This document shows, one piece after another, positions 28,454 to 39,337 of a stretch of DNA of 64,000 nucleotides (the first letter of the stretch is position 1; each line of letters opens with the position of its first letter). Both the position numbers and the translations under genes were made by a program. Origin of the DNA: Trueperaceae bacterium (GTDB lineage: Bacteria > Deinococcota > Deinococci > Deinococcales > Trueperaceae); assembly GCA_965214405.1 (NCBI GenBank), contig OZ243956.1:2432001-2496000 (forward strand), in the 5' to 3' direction. The notes beneath the pieces were generated by a model. That model was not told where the DNA came from. It saw nothing but the letters and a program-made list of their open reading frames with translations, and made no database searches.

Positions 28454-30364
28454 TTAAAGTTGCTCTAAGTAGGTATAGCCCACGAGCTCCGCGTTGTAAA
28501 GCGACAAGAGCTTTTCGCCCTCTTCGGGGCTGAGCGAACCCGCCTCGCTTATTTCTTCTTTTAACCACCCGCGGAGTTCGGGAGCCTCGTAGCCCATGTT
28601 TTCAATCACGCGGCGCGCTTTTTGACCGCCGACGAAGCGCTCGAGCACAAACGCGTCCTCCCCCGTTACCCGGACGTGCGCCTCGTTCACGCGGCCAAAG
28701 AGGTTGTGCGCGTTCGCCAGCACGTCTTGATAGGCGCCCGTCAAGAAAATGCCCAAGTCATAAGGTTCGCCGGGCCGCAGCTCGTGGAGCGGCAGCGTGT
28801 CCTTGACGTCGCGCAGATCGACGAACTTGTTGACCTTGCCGTCGCTGTCGCACGAGATATCGACCAGGGTGGCGTCCCTGGTGGGGCGCTCATTCAGGCG
28901 GTGTAAGGGCATCACGGGAAAGAGCGCGCCGATGGCCCAGTGGTCGGGCACGCTCTGGAAGAGCGAGAAGTTGCAGATGTACTTGTCCGCCAACAGCTTG
29001 GGCAGGTCCTCGAAGTCGTCGGGCACGTAGTCTAGATCGCGGACCACCCGCGCCACCCTGAGCAGGATTTGGTTGTAGAGGGTTTCAACGTGCGCGCGCT
29101 CGAGCAGACTCAGATAGCCCAGGTCGAAAAGGTTGTGCATCGTGTCTTTGTTGTCCTGCGCGTCGTGATAGACCTCGCGGTAGTTTTTGAGCGTGACGTT
29201 GTCTAAAAGTTCGCGCATGTCCTTGACGAGCGCGTGGGTTTCGCCCGGCAGGGGCGGCAGCTCGGGCGGTTGCCGCGTCGGGCCGATGGTGCCCACCACG
29301 GGCACCACCACCACCGCGTGGTGCGCGGTGAGCGCGCGGCCCGATTCGGTCACGACCACCGGATGAGGGGTCTCGGTCTCGTTACAGGTTTCTAAAATCG
29401 TGTAGACAACCGTGTCGGCGTACTCTTGCAAGCCGTAGTTGGCCGAGGCGTAAAAGGTCGTTTTGGAGCCGTCGTAGTCCACCGCCAAACCGCCGCCGAC
29501 GTTGAGGTACTGTACCGGCACCCCCAGCTCGCGCAGCTCCACGTAAGCCTGCGCGGCCTCGCGCACGGCGGAGCGGACTTTACGCACGTCGGTGACTTGC
29601 GAGCCGACGTGACAGTGGAGCATTTGCAGCGTGTGAAGCATCCCGCGCGCGCGCAGGCGCTCGGCCACGTTCATGATTTCGCCCGCGGAAAGCCCGAACT
29701 TGGCGTTATCGCCGCCCGACGCCTCCCACTGGCCCGAGCCGCGCGCGTGGAGCTTGAAGCGGACGCCGATGGCGGGCTCGACCCCCACCTCCTGGGAGAT
29801 GCGCAGCACGCGCTCGAGCTCCTCCAGTTTCTCTAACGTAATCACCACGTTTTTGCCCAGCTTGCGCCCCCAGAGCGCCAAACGCACAAAATCGTCGTCC
29901 TTGAAGCCGTTGCAGCAAAGGAGCGCCTCGGGGTGAAGGTCCTGGACCAGACAGAGCGCCAGCTCGGCCTTGCTCCCGGCCTCCAAGCCGGTGCGAAAGC
30001 GCGCGCCGTATTCCGCGATGGTCTCGACCACCACGCGCCGCTGATTGACCTTGATGGGAAACACGCCCTGGTAGCCGTTACGGTAGCCGAACTTTTCCGC
30101 GGCCCTGTGAAACGCGCCGTTAAGCCTCTCCAAGCGGTCTTCGATAATCTGCGGAAAGCGCAGAATCATCGGGAACGACTCGCCTCGAGCGCGCAACGCC
30201 GCCAATACGCTCTCTATCGCCACGCTCGGCCCCTCTTTTTGACCCGCCACGCGCGCCAAGCCGTCCGCGCCCACGCTAAAATGGCCGGAACTCCAGTACG
30301 GCACGCCGTAGAGTTCGGCGGCGTCGCTCACCGTAAAGCGGGTTTTATCGATAACCTTTGGCAA
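28454..30364 (-). CDS. speA: Biosynthetic arginine decarboxylase
   Basis: 'YQGVFPIKVNQ', 'GLEAGSKAEL', 'HCHVGSQ', 'NFSLFQSVPDHW', 'CDSDG'; TTG start after GGAGG. Confidence 0.95.
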   Translation of the reverse strand: MPKVIDKTRFTVSDAAELYGVPYWSSGHFSVGADGLARVAGQKEGPSVAIESVLAALRARGESFPMILRFPQIIEDRLERLNGAFHRAAEKFGYRNGYQGVFPIKVNQRRVVVETIAEYGARFRTGLEAGSKAELALCLVQDLHPEALLCCNGFKDDDFVRLALWGRKLGKNVVITLEKLEELERVLRISQEVGVEPAIGVRFKLHARGSGQWEASGGDNAKFGLSAGEIMNVAERLRARGMLHTLQMLHCHVGSQVTDVRKVRSAVREAAQAYVELRELGVPVQYLNVGGGLAVDYDGSKTTFYASANYGLQEYADTVVYTILETCNETETPHPVVVTESGRALTAHHAVVVVPVVGTIGPTRQPPELPPLPGETHALVKDMRELLDNVTLKNYREVYHDAQDNKDTMHNLFDLGYLSLLERAHVETLYNQILLRVARVVRDLDYVPDDFEDLPKLLADKYICNFSLFQSVPDHWAIGALFPVMPLHRLNERPTRDATLVDISCDSDGKVNKFVDLRDVKDTLPLHELRPGEPYDLGIFLTGAYQDVLANAHNLFGRVNEAHVRVTGEDAFVLERFVGGQKARRVIENMGYEAPELRGWLKEEISEAGSLSPEEGEKLLSLYNAELVGYTYLEQL

Positions 30365-31058
30365 TGTTGACCTCCAAGCCCGGATGAGGCTGAAAATTTT
30401 GTAAACACTCGCCTGTGTACCTCGTCTGCACACGGCTTGCACCACCGGCGCGTTTTTGGTTTTTTGGGACGTTCTGCTGGTTGAGGATGAGGCGCGCTTT
30501 GGGCTCTCGCCGCTGACACCCTCGAGCCTAGCCAACTCATTTAGGCTAGCACGCCGGAGGTTACAGACGTAGTTGCGCGCCTGTCATCTCGTGAACCCTT
30601 GATGTGTAGCGCGTTAGCCGAACGCCCAGAGCGCAGCGTTGTCCCGCGTAGCTCCGAAAAAGCTTGTCATCCTCCTCATGTGTGGTTTAATACTTGAGCC
30701 TGTAAGGTGAAAAATTTTACACAGGGAGGTGGCAGCGTATCCGTACCAGCACCGCGTATAGCCTCACAGCCGCGTGGAGAGAGCGCGACCGGAGGCGCAA
30801 CGTTAGCCCGTACACTCTCAACGGAGGTCTTTTGTCGATACACCGAACCGACCACACAACCTGACTGGATAACTTACCGGATAACCTACGGGTCGTCCGC
30901 TTCAAAAAAGGCGCTTTATAACACGCACTACCTCTACAATCCCAGGTTTAAGTTTTGGTTTACGCAGACTAACTTTAGATTGACAGCGCCCGACGGTAAC
31001 AGCCACACCCTGGAGCGGCCCCTAAACCCTCTCGACCGCGACGATGCAGAGGAGACGT

Positions 31059-33200
31059 ATGCTTAACGCAAAGAAAAGCCTAGCGCAACGGGGATGGCTA
31101 CTCGCCATTCTTGTCGGCGTGACGCTTACGCTTGCGGCCTGTAGCACTGAAGAAGACCAAGTGCCAGCCGCGAACGGTACCGCCACCTTCGAATTTTCGG
31201 TTGACCCGACCGCGCAAACGGTCACGCTCGCCCAACCCAACAAAGGGCTTTCACCCCAGCAGGAGACCACGCCCGGTGAGGCGAGAGTGCTCCTGCAAGG
31301 CCAAGAAATCATCCTCGCGTCTCTAAGAGGTTCTTTCCGAGATGACAACATGCTCGTCATCGAGGCCTCATTCAGGAACGCAACCGACACGCTTTCCTTC
31401 CTCCAGCCCTTCTTCTTCACCGTCAACGAGGCCACCGAGAACATCGTCTCGTCCGAAGAGCCCACGGTTACGGACGACGACTTGGGCGGCGACGGAGTTC
31501 TGGAGCCGCTCGAGATCACCTCGATCTTGACCTTTAGAGTGCAGCACAGGGGCGAAGCCTTCACCTATTTGGTCGACGCGAACGCGGTAGTTGAAGCCGC
31601 GACGGGTACGGGCACCGGCACGGTGTCGGGCTACGTCGTCAACCGCAAGGCGGGCACCGCCCTCGAGGGCACCACCGTCACCGTGGAGGGCGTGGGCGAG
31701 GTTGCCACGACGAACGAAAACGGCTTCTACTCCTTTGCAGCGCCCGCGGGTCTGCACACGCTCACCTTTAACCAGGATGGTTACGCCGAGTCGCGCGTCG
31801 AGGGCTTAGCGGTCGAGACGGGCGAGGAAACCCAGTACAGCACCATCCAGCAGCAAATCTTCGACCCCTTCTTGCCGGTCGAAGCGCCCAGCTTGTCCGT
31901 AAACGTGAGTAACGGCGACCTCTTGACGGGCGACGCCGAAAACAACGCCTTTACCGTGACCATCAGCGGCGAGGTCGTTAACCCCAACGTCAACGGCTTT
32001 ACCTTTATCGACATTTCGCTCTCGCAGCCGGGCGGCTCCTCGGGCTACCTCAACCAGTTCGTGCCCCAGCAGCGCCTTTTCAGCTTTGAGGGCGGCCCGA
32101 CCGAGGTGCCCCTTTCCGCCACCGGCTTTAACAACGCCACCACGCTGCACGTGATCGGCTACGACCTCAACCAGAACCGCACCGAGCTGATTCGCTACGT
32201 GACGGTCAACTCGAACGCGAACGCGAGCGCCGACCTTGGCGACGTCGAAGACTTGTTCGCGCAAGCCGTGACCTTTGGCGACACGGGCGTGTTCGGCACC
32301 CAGAGCGTGAGCGCGCAGGGCGCTGGCTCAGAGGGTATCGGCTTAGGTGAGGTTGTGGGACCGACGGCGCAGGACTTGCTCGAGGCCGCCCAAACGGGCA
32401 ACCTTGACACGCTGCGCGAGAGGGCCGAGGCGCTGCAAAACCCTGGGCTTTCCCCCCAAGGCTTCTTGGATGAAGCGGTTACTTGGGTGGACTTAACCTA
32501 CGAATACAACTTCACCGAGGCCGACTTTCCCGCCGCCTTTGAGGTGTTCCGCCAGTTAGAGGGCGAGAGCGACTTCCGCTCCATCGGCCGTGTGAGCCTC
32601 GGTCAGGCGTACATTGGCGACTTCTTCGACGCTCAGGGCCAAGTCAATGAGAACGCGCAGGCTCCCTTCTTGTTCGGCTTCCGCGACGCCTCGCCCGCGG
32701 TGCAGTCGGGCTTGACCGCCACCTACCGCGTCGAAGCGGTCGCGGGTGACGAACGTGAGGCGTCCGACACCGCCAGCACCACCCCGCTGCCCACCTTTTT
32801 TGTAAACGCCGTGAGCCCTTCCAACGGCGCGACGGGCGTGCCCGTGCTGCCCAACTACGTGTTGTCTTTCGAGGACCGTAGCGACGTCGTCTTCTTCGGC
32901 GTCTTGGTGCTCGACCGCGTCCACGCCGACGACAACTTTCAGGAGTGGCTCGCCGCCTTTTTTGCCGATGATACCGGCCTCACCCAGGTCGCCATCCCCC
33001 ACAACTTCAACGGCGCTGCGAACACCGAAACCTTACAGCCCTACCACGCGTACGACTGGCAGCCCATCGCCATCACCGCCCGCGCCGACTCTTCGGCCCT
33101 TTCGGTCGCTGCCGACTTTTACGACCTTTTCGGCGTCGGCTTCGGCGTCGAGGACGGACCCGTCAACACCTTCGTCACAGGCGACGGTCAGGAGGACTAG
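31059..33200 (+). CDS. Large acidic lipoprotein with carboxypeptidase-regulatory-like and beta-sandwich domains
   Basis: Lipobox LAAC; 'GTVSGYV....G..LEG.TV.V.G....TNENGFYSF'. Confidence 0.75.
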   Translation: MLNAKKSLAQRGWLLAILVGVTLTLAACSTEEDQVPAANGTATFEFSVDPTAQTVTLAQPNKGLSPQQETTPGEARVLLQGQEIILASLRGSFRDDNMLVIEASFRNATDTLSFLQPFFFTVNEATENIVSSEEPTVTDDDLGGDGVLEPLEITSILTFRVQHRGEAFTYLVDANAVVEAATGTGTGTVSGYVVNRKAGTALEGTTVTVEGVGEVATTNENGFYSFAAPAGLHTLTFNQDGYAESRVEGLAVETGEETQYSTIQQQIFDPFLPVEAPSLSVNVSNGDLLTGDAENNAFTVTISGEVVNPNVNGFTFIDISLSQPGGSSGYLNQFVPQQRLFSFEGGPTEVPLSATGFNNATTLHVIGYDLNQNRTELIRYVTVNSNANASADLGDVEDLFAQAVTFGDTGVFGTQSVSAQGAGSEGIGLGEVVGPTAQDLLEAAQTGNLDTLRERAEALQNPGLSPQGFLDEAVTWVDLTYEYNFTEADFPAAFEVFRQLEGESDFRSIGRVSLGQAYIGDFFDAQGQVNENAQAPFLFGFRDASPAVQSGLTATYRVEAVAGDEREASDTASTTPLPTFFVNAVSPSNGATGVPVLPNYVLSFEDRSDVVFFGVLVLDRVHADDNFQEWLAAFFADDTGLTQVAIPHNFNGAANTETLQPYHAYDWQPIAITARADSSALSVAADFYDLFGVGFGVEDGPVNTFVTGDGQED

Positions 33201-35789
33201 ATGAAACCGTTACGTCTTTTTGGGGCGCTCACGCTCGTGCTCGGGCTGGCAGCCTGTAATATCGTTCCCAGCACCCCCACCTCGCGCACCAACACCCCTA
33301 CAGTCACGCTCGACCCGACCCAATCGTTCGTCGAGGGACAACTCGTCGTCGGCTATCAAGAGGGCGTGGACCCGGCCAAGGTGGCCGCCCTGCTCGGCGC
33401 GACCGTCAACACCAACTGGCCCGAGATCAACGCGGCGCTGCTCGATTTGCCCGCGGGCTTGAGCGTCAATAAGGCAGAAGCAACCGCGCGAGCCCTTCAC
33501 GGCCTGCGCTACGTGGAGCCCAACAAGGTGTTCTGGACCGACCCCCTGCCCGCCTCCGGCGTGAACCCGGCGGGCTTGAGCACCAACCAACTCGGCATCG
33601 ACCTAGACCCCGCCTACGACAAGCAGTGGATGCACCGCCAGATGAACACGCTGGGCGCGTGGCAGCAGGGCGCGACCGGCGAGGGCATCCGCATCGGCGT
33701 TCATGACACGCTGGTGGACGTTCGCCACCCCGACCTCGCCGCCAACGTCTTCTTCCCCGGCTTTGACGGCTTCGACTCGTCCCTGATTATGCCCGACACC
33801 CCCTACCGGGGCGAGGAAAACCACGGCACCGCGGTGGCCGGTACGGCGGCGGCGGTGGGCGGCAACGACTTAGGCGGCTTGGGCGTCGCTTACGGTGCCG
33901 ACATCGTGGCCTTGGCGATCGACGACCCTGAGTCGGGCGGTCTCTTGCTCAACGCCATCGTCAACGCGGCTATTTTTGCCGTGGACGGTCCTGACGGCGA
34001 ACCCGGCGGCGACGACCGCGCGCCTGGCACGGACCCCGAAACGGGACCTTACGTCCACATCGTCAACATGTCCTGGGGCTCCTCCGGTTACGACCAGATC
34101 GTCAAAGACACGATGGACTACATGCTCGCCTATAACGTAACCTTGGTGACCTCGGCGGGCAACACGCCCACCCAGGGCTTCGCCGAGCCCGCCTGGCACC
34201 CCGGTCTCATCAGCGTGGCCGCCACGCGGCCCACGGACGAGCGCACGGGCTTTTCCAACCGCGGCCTGCACTTAGAAGTGGCCGCGCCCGGCGAGGACAT
34301 CTGGACCACCACCACCCGCAACTGCGCGTTCACCAACTCGTGCGACCCGGCGAGCCCGGAAAACGCCTACATATTCATTAGCGGCACCTCGTTCTCGAGC
34401 CCCGCCACCGCGGGCGCCGCCGCGCTCATCCTAGACGCGAGCGCGACTCGAGACGCGAACGGCAACATCACCGACATCAACTTGGACGCCGCGCAGGTCC
34501 GGCGCATCTTAGAAACCACCGCCTTTCAACCCAACGGCGGCGAGTTTAACGTAGACTTGGGCTACGGCATCGTGGACGCCGAGGCCGCGGTGGACGTGGC
34601 GCTCGACGAGAGCCAGTGGCCCCAGCCGGGCGGCACGCTCGTGGTGGAAGCCGTGGTGGCGAGCGACCCCAACATCGTAGTGCCCAAAGTGGGTCTGACC
34701 CTCGTCCCGCTCGACGTTACGGGCGAGGTTCCGGCTGAATACACCCAGACGAGCGACGGCATCCTTTTCCCGGACCTTCAGGGCATCGGGCTCTACCAAG
34801 AGGTGAACCCCGGTCGCTACCAGTTGCTCGCCAGCGGCCCGCACCAGGCTACTTTTGGTATCCCGGTTGACACCTTTGAGACGGACGTCACCATCACGCC
34901 GGGCGGCCCCGACGACGCAGAAGTCGTGGTCGTCCCGCTCGACATCACCCCCTTCCAGGACACCTTTGAGCCCAACGACAGCGTGAGCGAAGCCGCGCCG
35001 GTCGAGGTAGGCACCACCGCGCTCGCCACCCTGTACAACCCGGAAACCGGCGCTGACACCGATCTATACGCAATCCAAGTCGAGGCGGGCGAAAGCTACC
35101 GCGTCAACTTAGAAACGGTTGCGGGTAATTTCGACACCTTCTTGCGCATCCTCGGCGCGGACGGCACCACCGTCATCGCCGAAAACGACAACAACCAAGC
35201 TTCAAGCCTGGGTACCGATTCGCTTGTCACCTTTGAGGCACCCGAAACCGGCACCGTCTACGCCGAAGTCACCGAGCTAACGGGCGCCAACACGCCCTTT
35301 AACCTCTACGCGGTGGACGTGGCGCTCTTTATCGGCAGCGAAACCGAGCCCAACGGGACCGCTGCGGTGAGCGGCACCACCATCGACGCCGTCGATCTCA
35401 GCGCGGCCCAGAGCGTGCCCCTCGGGGTGGCGTTAGACGCCGCCATCGGCGAAACCTCCGACGAACCCGAGACCATCGATCCCGACCCCACGGACGCCGA
35501 CATTTTCGCGGTCGAAGTCGAGGCGGGTACGACCATCGTCGCCGACACCGAAACCAAGACGAGCGGCGCGCCCGACACCCTGCTGGCGCTCTACAACGCC
35601 GACGGCGAGCAAGTCGCCTTTAACGACGACTTCACAGGCCGCGAATCGCGCGTTTTCTACACCGCTCAAGAGGGCGGCACCTACTACGCAGTCGTGGTCG
35701 CTTTCGACGCCGCCGGGACGAGCGGCACCACCGGGACCTACGGCCTCATCATCAACTCCTTTATCAACCCGCCGACCGAGACCGAGTAG
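33201..35789 (+). CDS. S8 subtilisin-like lipoprotein protease with C-terminal PPC-like domains
   Basis: Lipobox LAAC; catalytic D ('GVHDT'), H ('HGTAVAG'), S ('SGTSFSSP'). Confidence 0.9.
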   Translation: MKPLRLFGALTLVLGLAACNIVPSTPTSRTNTPTVTLDPTQSFVEGQLVVGYQEGVDPAKVAALLGATVNTNWPEINAALLDLPAGLSVNKAEATARALHGLRYVEPNKVFWTDPLPASGVNPAGLSTNQLGIDLDPAYDKQWMHRQMNTLGAWQQGATGEGIRIGVHDTLVDVRHPDLAANVFFPGFDGFDSSLIMPDTPYRGEENHGTAVAGTAAAVGGNDLGGLGVAYGADIVALAIDDPESGGLLLNAIVNAAIFAVDGPDGEPGGDDRAPGTDPETGPYVHIVNMSWGSSGYDQIVKDTMDYMLAYNVTLVTSAGNTPTQGFAEPAWHPGLISVAATRPTDERTGFSNRGLHLEVAAPGEDIWTTTTRNCAFTNSCDPASPENAYIFISGTSFSSPATAGAAALILDASATRDANGNITDINLDAAQVRRILETTAFQPNGGEFNVDLGYGIVDAEAAVDVALDESQWPQPGGTLVVEAVVASDPNIVVPKVGLTLVPLDVTGEVPAEYTQTSDGILFPDLQGIGLYQEVNPGRYQLLASGPHQATFGIPVDTFETDVTITPGGPDDAEVVVVPLDITPFQDTFEPNDSVSEAAPVEVGTTALATLYNPETGADTDLYAIQVEAGESYRVNLETVAGNFDTFLRILGADGTTVIAENDNNQASSLGTDSLVTFEAPETGTVYAEVTELTGANTPFNLYAVDVALFIGSETEPNGTAAVSGTTIDAVDLSAAQSVPLGVALDAAIGETSDEPETIDPDPTDADIFAVEVEAGTTIVADTETKTSGAPDTLLALYNADGEQVAFNDDFTGRESRVFYTAQEGGTYYAVVVAFDAAGTSGTTGTYGLIINSFINPPTETE

Positions 35790-35808
35790 TCTTTAGCGTC
35801 TCACCTTG

Positions 35809-35844
35809 AAAAGAGCCTCACCCGCGCGGGTGAGGCTCTTTTTT
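35809..35844 (+). terminator. Intrinsic terminator
   Basis: AAAAGAGCCTCACCCG-cg-CGGGTGAGGCTCTTTTTT. Confidence 0.85.
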
Positions 35845-35910
35845 ACTCGAGGCCGACACCATGTGTAAGCGCCTCCAGCCTGCTAACATGGTAAGTGGCG
35901 GAGGTAAGCA

Positions 35911-36177
35911 GTGATCGAGAGCAAAGTGAGCAGCAAGTACCAGTTGACGCTCCCTGCCGAAGTGCGTAAAGCGCTGGGTGTCAAACCCGGTGACGCGGTG
36001 CGCTATGAGGTCGAAGGGAAGAGCGTACGCGTATCGGTGGTGCGCCCCGACTTGGGCGACGTTCTCGACGGCGTGCTGGCCGACTATGACTTCACAGCAT
36101 TGGGAAACGCGACTCACAACGACGCAACCCGTCAGCTCCGCGAAGAACGCGGTTTGGACACCGTTCAAGATGAGTAG
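35911..36177 (+). CDS. AbrB/MazE-family antitoxin
   Basis: Paralog of 10372-10638; GGAGGT SD. Confidence 0.9.
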   Translation: MIESKVSSKYQLTLPAEVRKALGVKPGDAVRYEVEGKSVRVSVVRPDLGDVLDGVLADYDFTALGNATHNDATRQLREERGLDTVQDE

Positions 36178-36183
36178 CCCCGG

Positions 36184-36594
36184 ATGATCAGCGTTGACAC
36201 GAACATCATTCTGTCAGCCCTAAACCGCTTCGACGTCAACCATCAGCGCGCCAGGGAGCATCTAGTAAGACTTGGGGCGTCCGAGGTGTTGCTCATCTCT
36301 CCCGTCGTCTACGCTGAGCTTATGGCCTCGTCTGAGCGGGAGGGCGTCAGGGCTTTTCTGGAGCGCGCCGATATCCCTGTTCTTTGGGACACGCCGCCGA
36401 GCGTTTGGGCGCGGTCAGGTTCGGCTTTTGGCGCGTACGCAGTGTAGCGGCGCGGGGGAAGCTTGCCGCGCCGCATCGTCGCGGATTTTGTGATTGCCGC
36501 GCACGCAGAGCATCACAAGCTGGGTGTGCTCACCTTTGACGACACAGTGTACAAAGCGGTGTTCCCGGAGCTGACCCTGTTGGGTACGTACTGA
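36184..36594 (+). pseudogene. vapC: VapC PIN toxin with in-frame TAG at 36445-36447
   Basis: Reading through gives '...GAYAV*RRGGSLPRRIVADFVIAAHAEHHKLGVLTFDDTVYKAVFPELTLLGTY'. Confidence 0.85.
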
Positions 36595-36836
36595 AACTTC
36601 TGCGGTTTCTATGGTTGTCCACCGTTATACACCCCAAAAGGGTTTACTAACGCGACTCATCGCCGGTTAATTAAATGGGGCTCGAGCCTCCAGCCAAGAA
36701 CTCCGGCTCGAGGACGCTCTACCTCCACCCCCTCCTTCACCTTTTCCTTTCGTCCGCCTTTTGTCAGGTGACAAAGTTGTATGAACGCGCCCTCGAGAGC
36801 TGACACAAGGCTGACATACTGATAAACTACCCTCTC

Positions 36837-37718
36837 ATGGGCGTTCTCAAAGCCCTCCTCCGCCGCCTCTCCTGGCGGCTTCTCCTCTACTGGGGTCTCC
36901 TCGCGGGCGGGCTCTGGGCGTTCGTCGAACTCGCCGACAATGTTTACGAAAAAGACGGCTTCTTTTTTGACGCGCCCATCCTCGACTGGTTCTATACGCT
37001 TATCAACCCAACCCTAACAAGCCTCGCCGTGGCGCTCAGCACCCTCGGCGGTGTGGAGGTGATGATCGGGTTGTCGGTGTTGGTGGCGGTTGGGCTGTGG
37101 TGGGTCTCGAGGCGTGAAGCGCTCTTCTTCGCCTTTGCAATGGGCGGCGCGTCCATTATCATGGTTGCGACCAAATACATTTTCGGCCGCCCCCGCCCCG
37201 AACTCTTCCCCGACGTGAACTTTTGGACAACGGCCTCGCCCTCGTTCCCGAGCGGTCACGCTACGGGCAGCATGGCGTTTTTTCTCACCGTTTACCTCGT
37301 GGTCATGCACCTCGCGCCGCGCTGGCGCGTGCTAGTGGGTGTCCTCGGAACCGTGATGGTGTTAAGCATCAGCGCCTCGAGGCTCTACTTGCAAGTCCAT
37401 TATCCTTCAGACATCTTGGCGGGGCTCTCGCTGGGCGCGGCCTGGGTGCTGGGCGTGAACGCCTTTTACACCTTTCACACCCGCGACCGCTCGCACCACA
37501 CCGTGCTCCTCACGCTGCCGACTGACCTCGTTGAAAGCTACCGCGAGGAGGCGCGGCGGCGCAACGAAGAGGAGGGCGAGGTTGTTGCCGAGGCGTTGCG
37601 CGCCCGTTTTCATACGGTTGTTCCCGCCCCCTCGACCGCTGGTCAAGCGCCGCCTAAACAGGGCAAGCGCGCGCCGCTCGAGACCCCCACGCCTCAAAAA
37701 TCCGGCAAAACCAGGTAG
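36837..37718 (+). CDS. PAP2-family membrane phosphatase
   Basis: 'K..FGRPRP', 'SFPSGHA', 'SRLYLQVHYPSD'. Confidence 0.9.
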   Translation: MGVLKALLRRLSWRLLLYWGLLAGGLWAFVELADNVYEKDGFFFDAPILDWFYTLINPTLTSLAVALSTLGGVEVMIGLSVLVAVGLWWVSRREALFFAFAMGGASIIMVATKYIFGRPRPELFPDVNFWTTASPSFPSGHATGSMAFFLTVYLVVMHLAPRWRVLVGVLGTVMVLSISASRLYLQVHYPSDILAGLSLGAAWVLGVNAFYTFHTRDRSHHTVLLTLPTDLVESYREEARRRNEEEGEVVAEALRARFHTVVPAPSTAGQAPPKQGKRAPLETPTPQKSGKTR

Positions 37719-37761
37719 GCGCTGCTTTTCGTCAAAAATGTGCGGCGGCTGCCTCGGTGCG

Positions 37762-38145
37762 CTAGTCCGCCTTTTGCTGATGATACTCGGAAATGTCCTC
37801 GTATACCCTGTCAGGAAAATCCAAATCTTGGTACACGTTACCCGCGTCGGGGTCGTCGGTGTCGGGCAAAATCGGGAAATCCTGCTGCTCCTGGTAGCCC
37901 AGAATGGTGTCGCGGCGCGGCGGGTTGTAGTCTTTCTCCTGCACCTGCTGGACCAGCCCGCGCGCCTGTTCCTCGCTAAAGTCTTCATCCTTTTGCAGGG
38001 TGTCCACCAACTCGTCTTCGCTCATAAAATGCCGCGCGATGATGGCGAACACCAGGCGACCATAATGACCGATATCTTTGCCTTCGTCGAGCGCGTCCAA
38101 AAGGTGCGCCATCATGCCGTTCTTCCGTAAGTCTTCGACTGCCAT
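37762..38145 (-). CDS. Hypothetical acidic protein
   Basis: AAGGAG SD; 'DIGHYGRLVFA', 'YNPPRR'. Confidence 0.65.
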   Translation of the reverse strand: MAVEDLRKNGMMAHLLDALDEGKDIGHYGRLVFAIIARHFMSEDELVDTLQKDEDFSEEQARGLVQQVQEKDYNPPRRDTILGYQEQQDFPILPDTDDPDAGNVYQDLDFPDRVYEDISEYHQQKAD

Positions 38146-38308
38146 GTCCGTCTCCTTAGTCAAAAAGATGGGTACAAAGAGCGTGTCTCTCTGTCTCTGT
38201 CAAGCATACCTTAATATATAAGGTGTTTTGAGGCTTTGGTTACACAAATGCTGCTAAGGTGCTGTCCCCTCGAGCATAAAGACAGAAACTTGAAGAAAGG
38301 CGGAGCGT

Positions 38309-38698
38309 GTGGATAATTTGGTGAACCGGTGGCGCGCTTCAGATGTTACTGAATTGGACTATTCAGCAACTGAAGGATGCGCGTCTCTCAAGTTGTTCTC
38401 GCTGGAAGAGGCGTGCTGGACTGGCGTTGCGCTCGAGGACGTTTTGCTGTTCAACATGTCAAATCTACCCGGAGAGATGGAGCCTACCTTCGTTGCCGAT
38501 GTGACTATTTATAGCCTGACGAAAAGTCGTGTCATCCATGCGTTGAGAAGCTGCGGTTACGGCTGGCGTGATGTCGGAACGTTCCCTGATTCAGCTTATT
38601 TGGTCCATATAGAAGGAGGAGTCGTGGTCGACATTATCGCAAGCAATATGAGTGTCAAGAGATTTGCAAAAGCTCCTGACAGCACACCCATAAATTAA
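38309..38698 (+). CDS. Hypothetical protein (lower GC)
   Basis: 129-aa ORF with GGAG SD. Confidence 0.5.
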   Translation: MDNLVNRWRASDVTELDYSATEGCASLKLFSLEEACWTGVALEDVLLFNMSNLPGEMEPTFVADVTIYSLTKSRVIHALRSCGYGWRDVGTFPDSAYLVHIEGGVVVDIIASNMSVKRFAKAPDSTPIN

Positions 38699-39174
38699 AA
38701 CGAGTACCGGTAGCCCACGCTCAGACGGCCATAGAACGGAAAAATCATGCCCAGTTCGTCGGTGCCGTAGACCGGAAAGAAGGGATAAAAACCGAAGGAG
38801 CTGTCAATCGTAATACCGCTTCTGCTGCTTACAGGAACGTCCCCTCCAATAACGAGGTTGGGGCCGAAGGCGATGAAGGACAGATCACCTATCGCGCCCG
38901 CGCCCAAGCCGAGGTAGAAATCCAACTACCGCCCCGTGCTCAGCAGCATGTCCGCGCTCACCAAGAAACCGCCCCCGTAAACGTAAGACCCCAGCAGGCG
39001 ACCGTGGAGGCGTCTGGCAAGCAGGTCGTAATGGCCCACTTGAGCGTCGAGGGAGGTGAGGCCGACGCCGACGCCAAACCAATTGTTCGGCGAGTCCGTG
39101 ACCTCCTGCGCCGGAGCAGCGTGAACGAGCAGCATCGTAAGAAGGACGGCCAAAAGAACTTTTTTCTTTTTCAT
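38695..39174 (-). pseudogene. Secreted/outer-membrane beta-barrel-like protein with in-frame TAG at 38926-38928
   Basis: Signal peptide; the two ORF halves are contiguous in one frame; C-terminus 'LSVGYRYSF'. Confidence 0.7.
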
Positions 39175-39337
39175 GAGGCAGAATACGACGGCGGGGCTCG
39201 CGCCCTCAAGATGTGTAGTTTTTGTTGGTGGCTTTTGTTAAGGCTTTGTGAGGACATCCGCTTGTGCGTTTCCCAAAAAGCAAAAAGGGCTGAGTTCACT
39301 CTCGCCTCAGCCCCTACTACGCTTTGCTGCTGGATGA

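Noticed and set aside
30707..31066. 119-aa ORF upstream of the lipoprotein
   Set aside because: No SD or recognisable motif and it overlaps the next start; probably leader sequence
36445..38928. Amber recoding suggested by two in-frame TAGs
   Set aside because: TAG is a normal stop in many genes here (brxA, brxL, S8 protease) and no suppressor or pyl genes are visible; nonsense mutations are simpler
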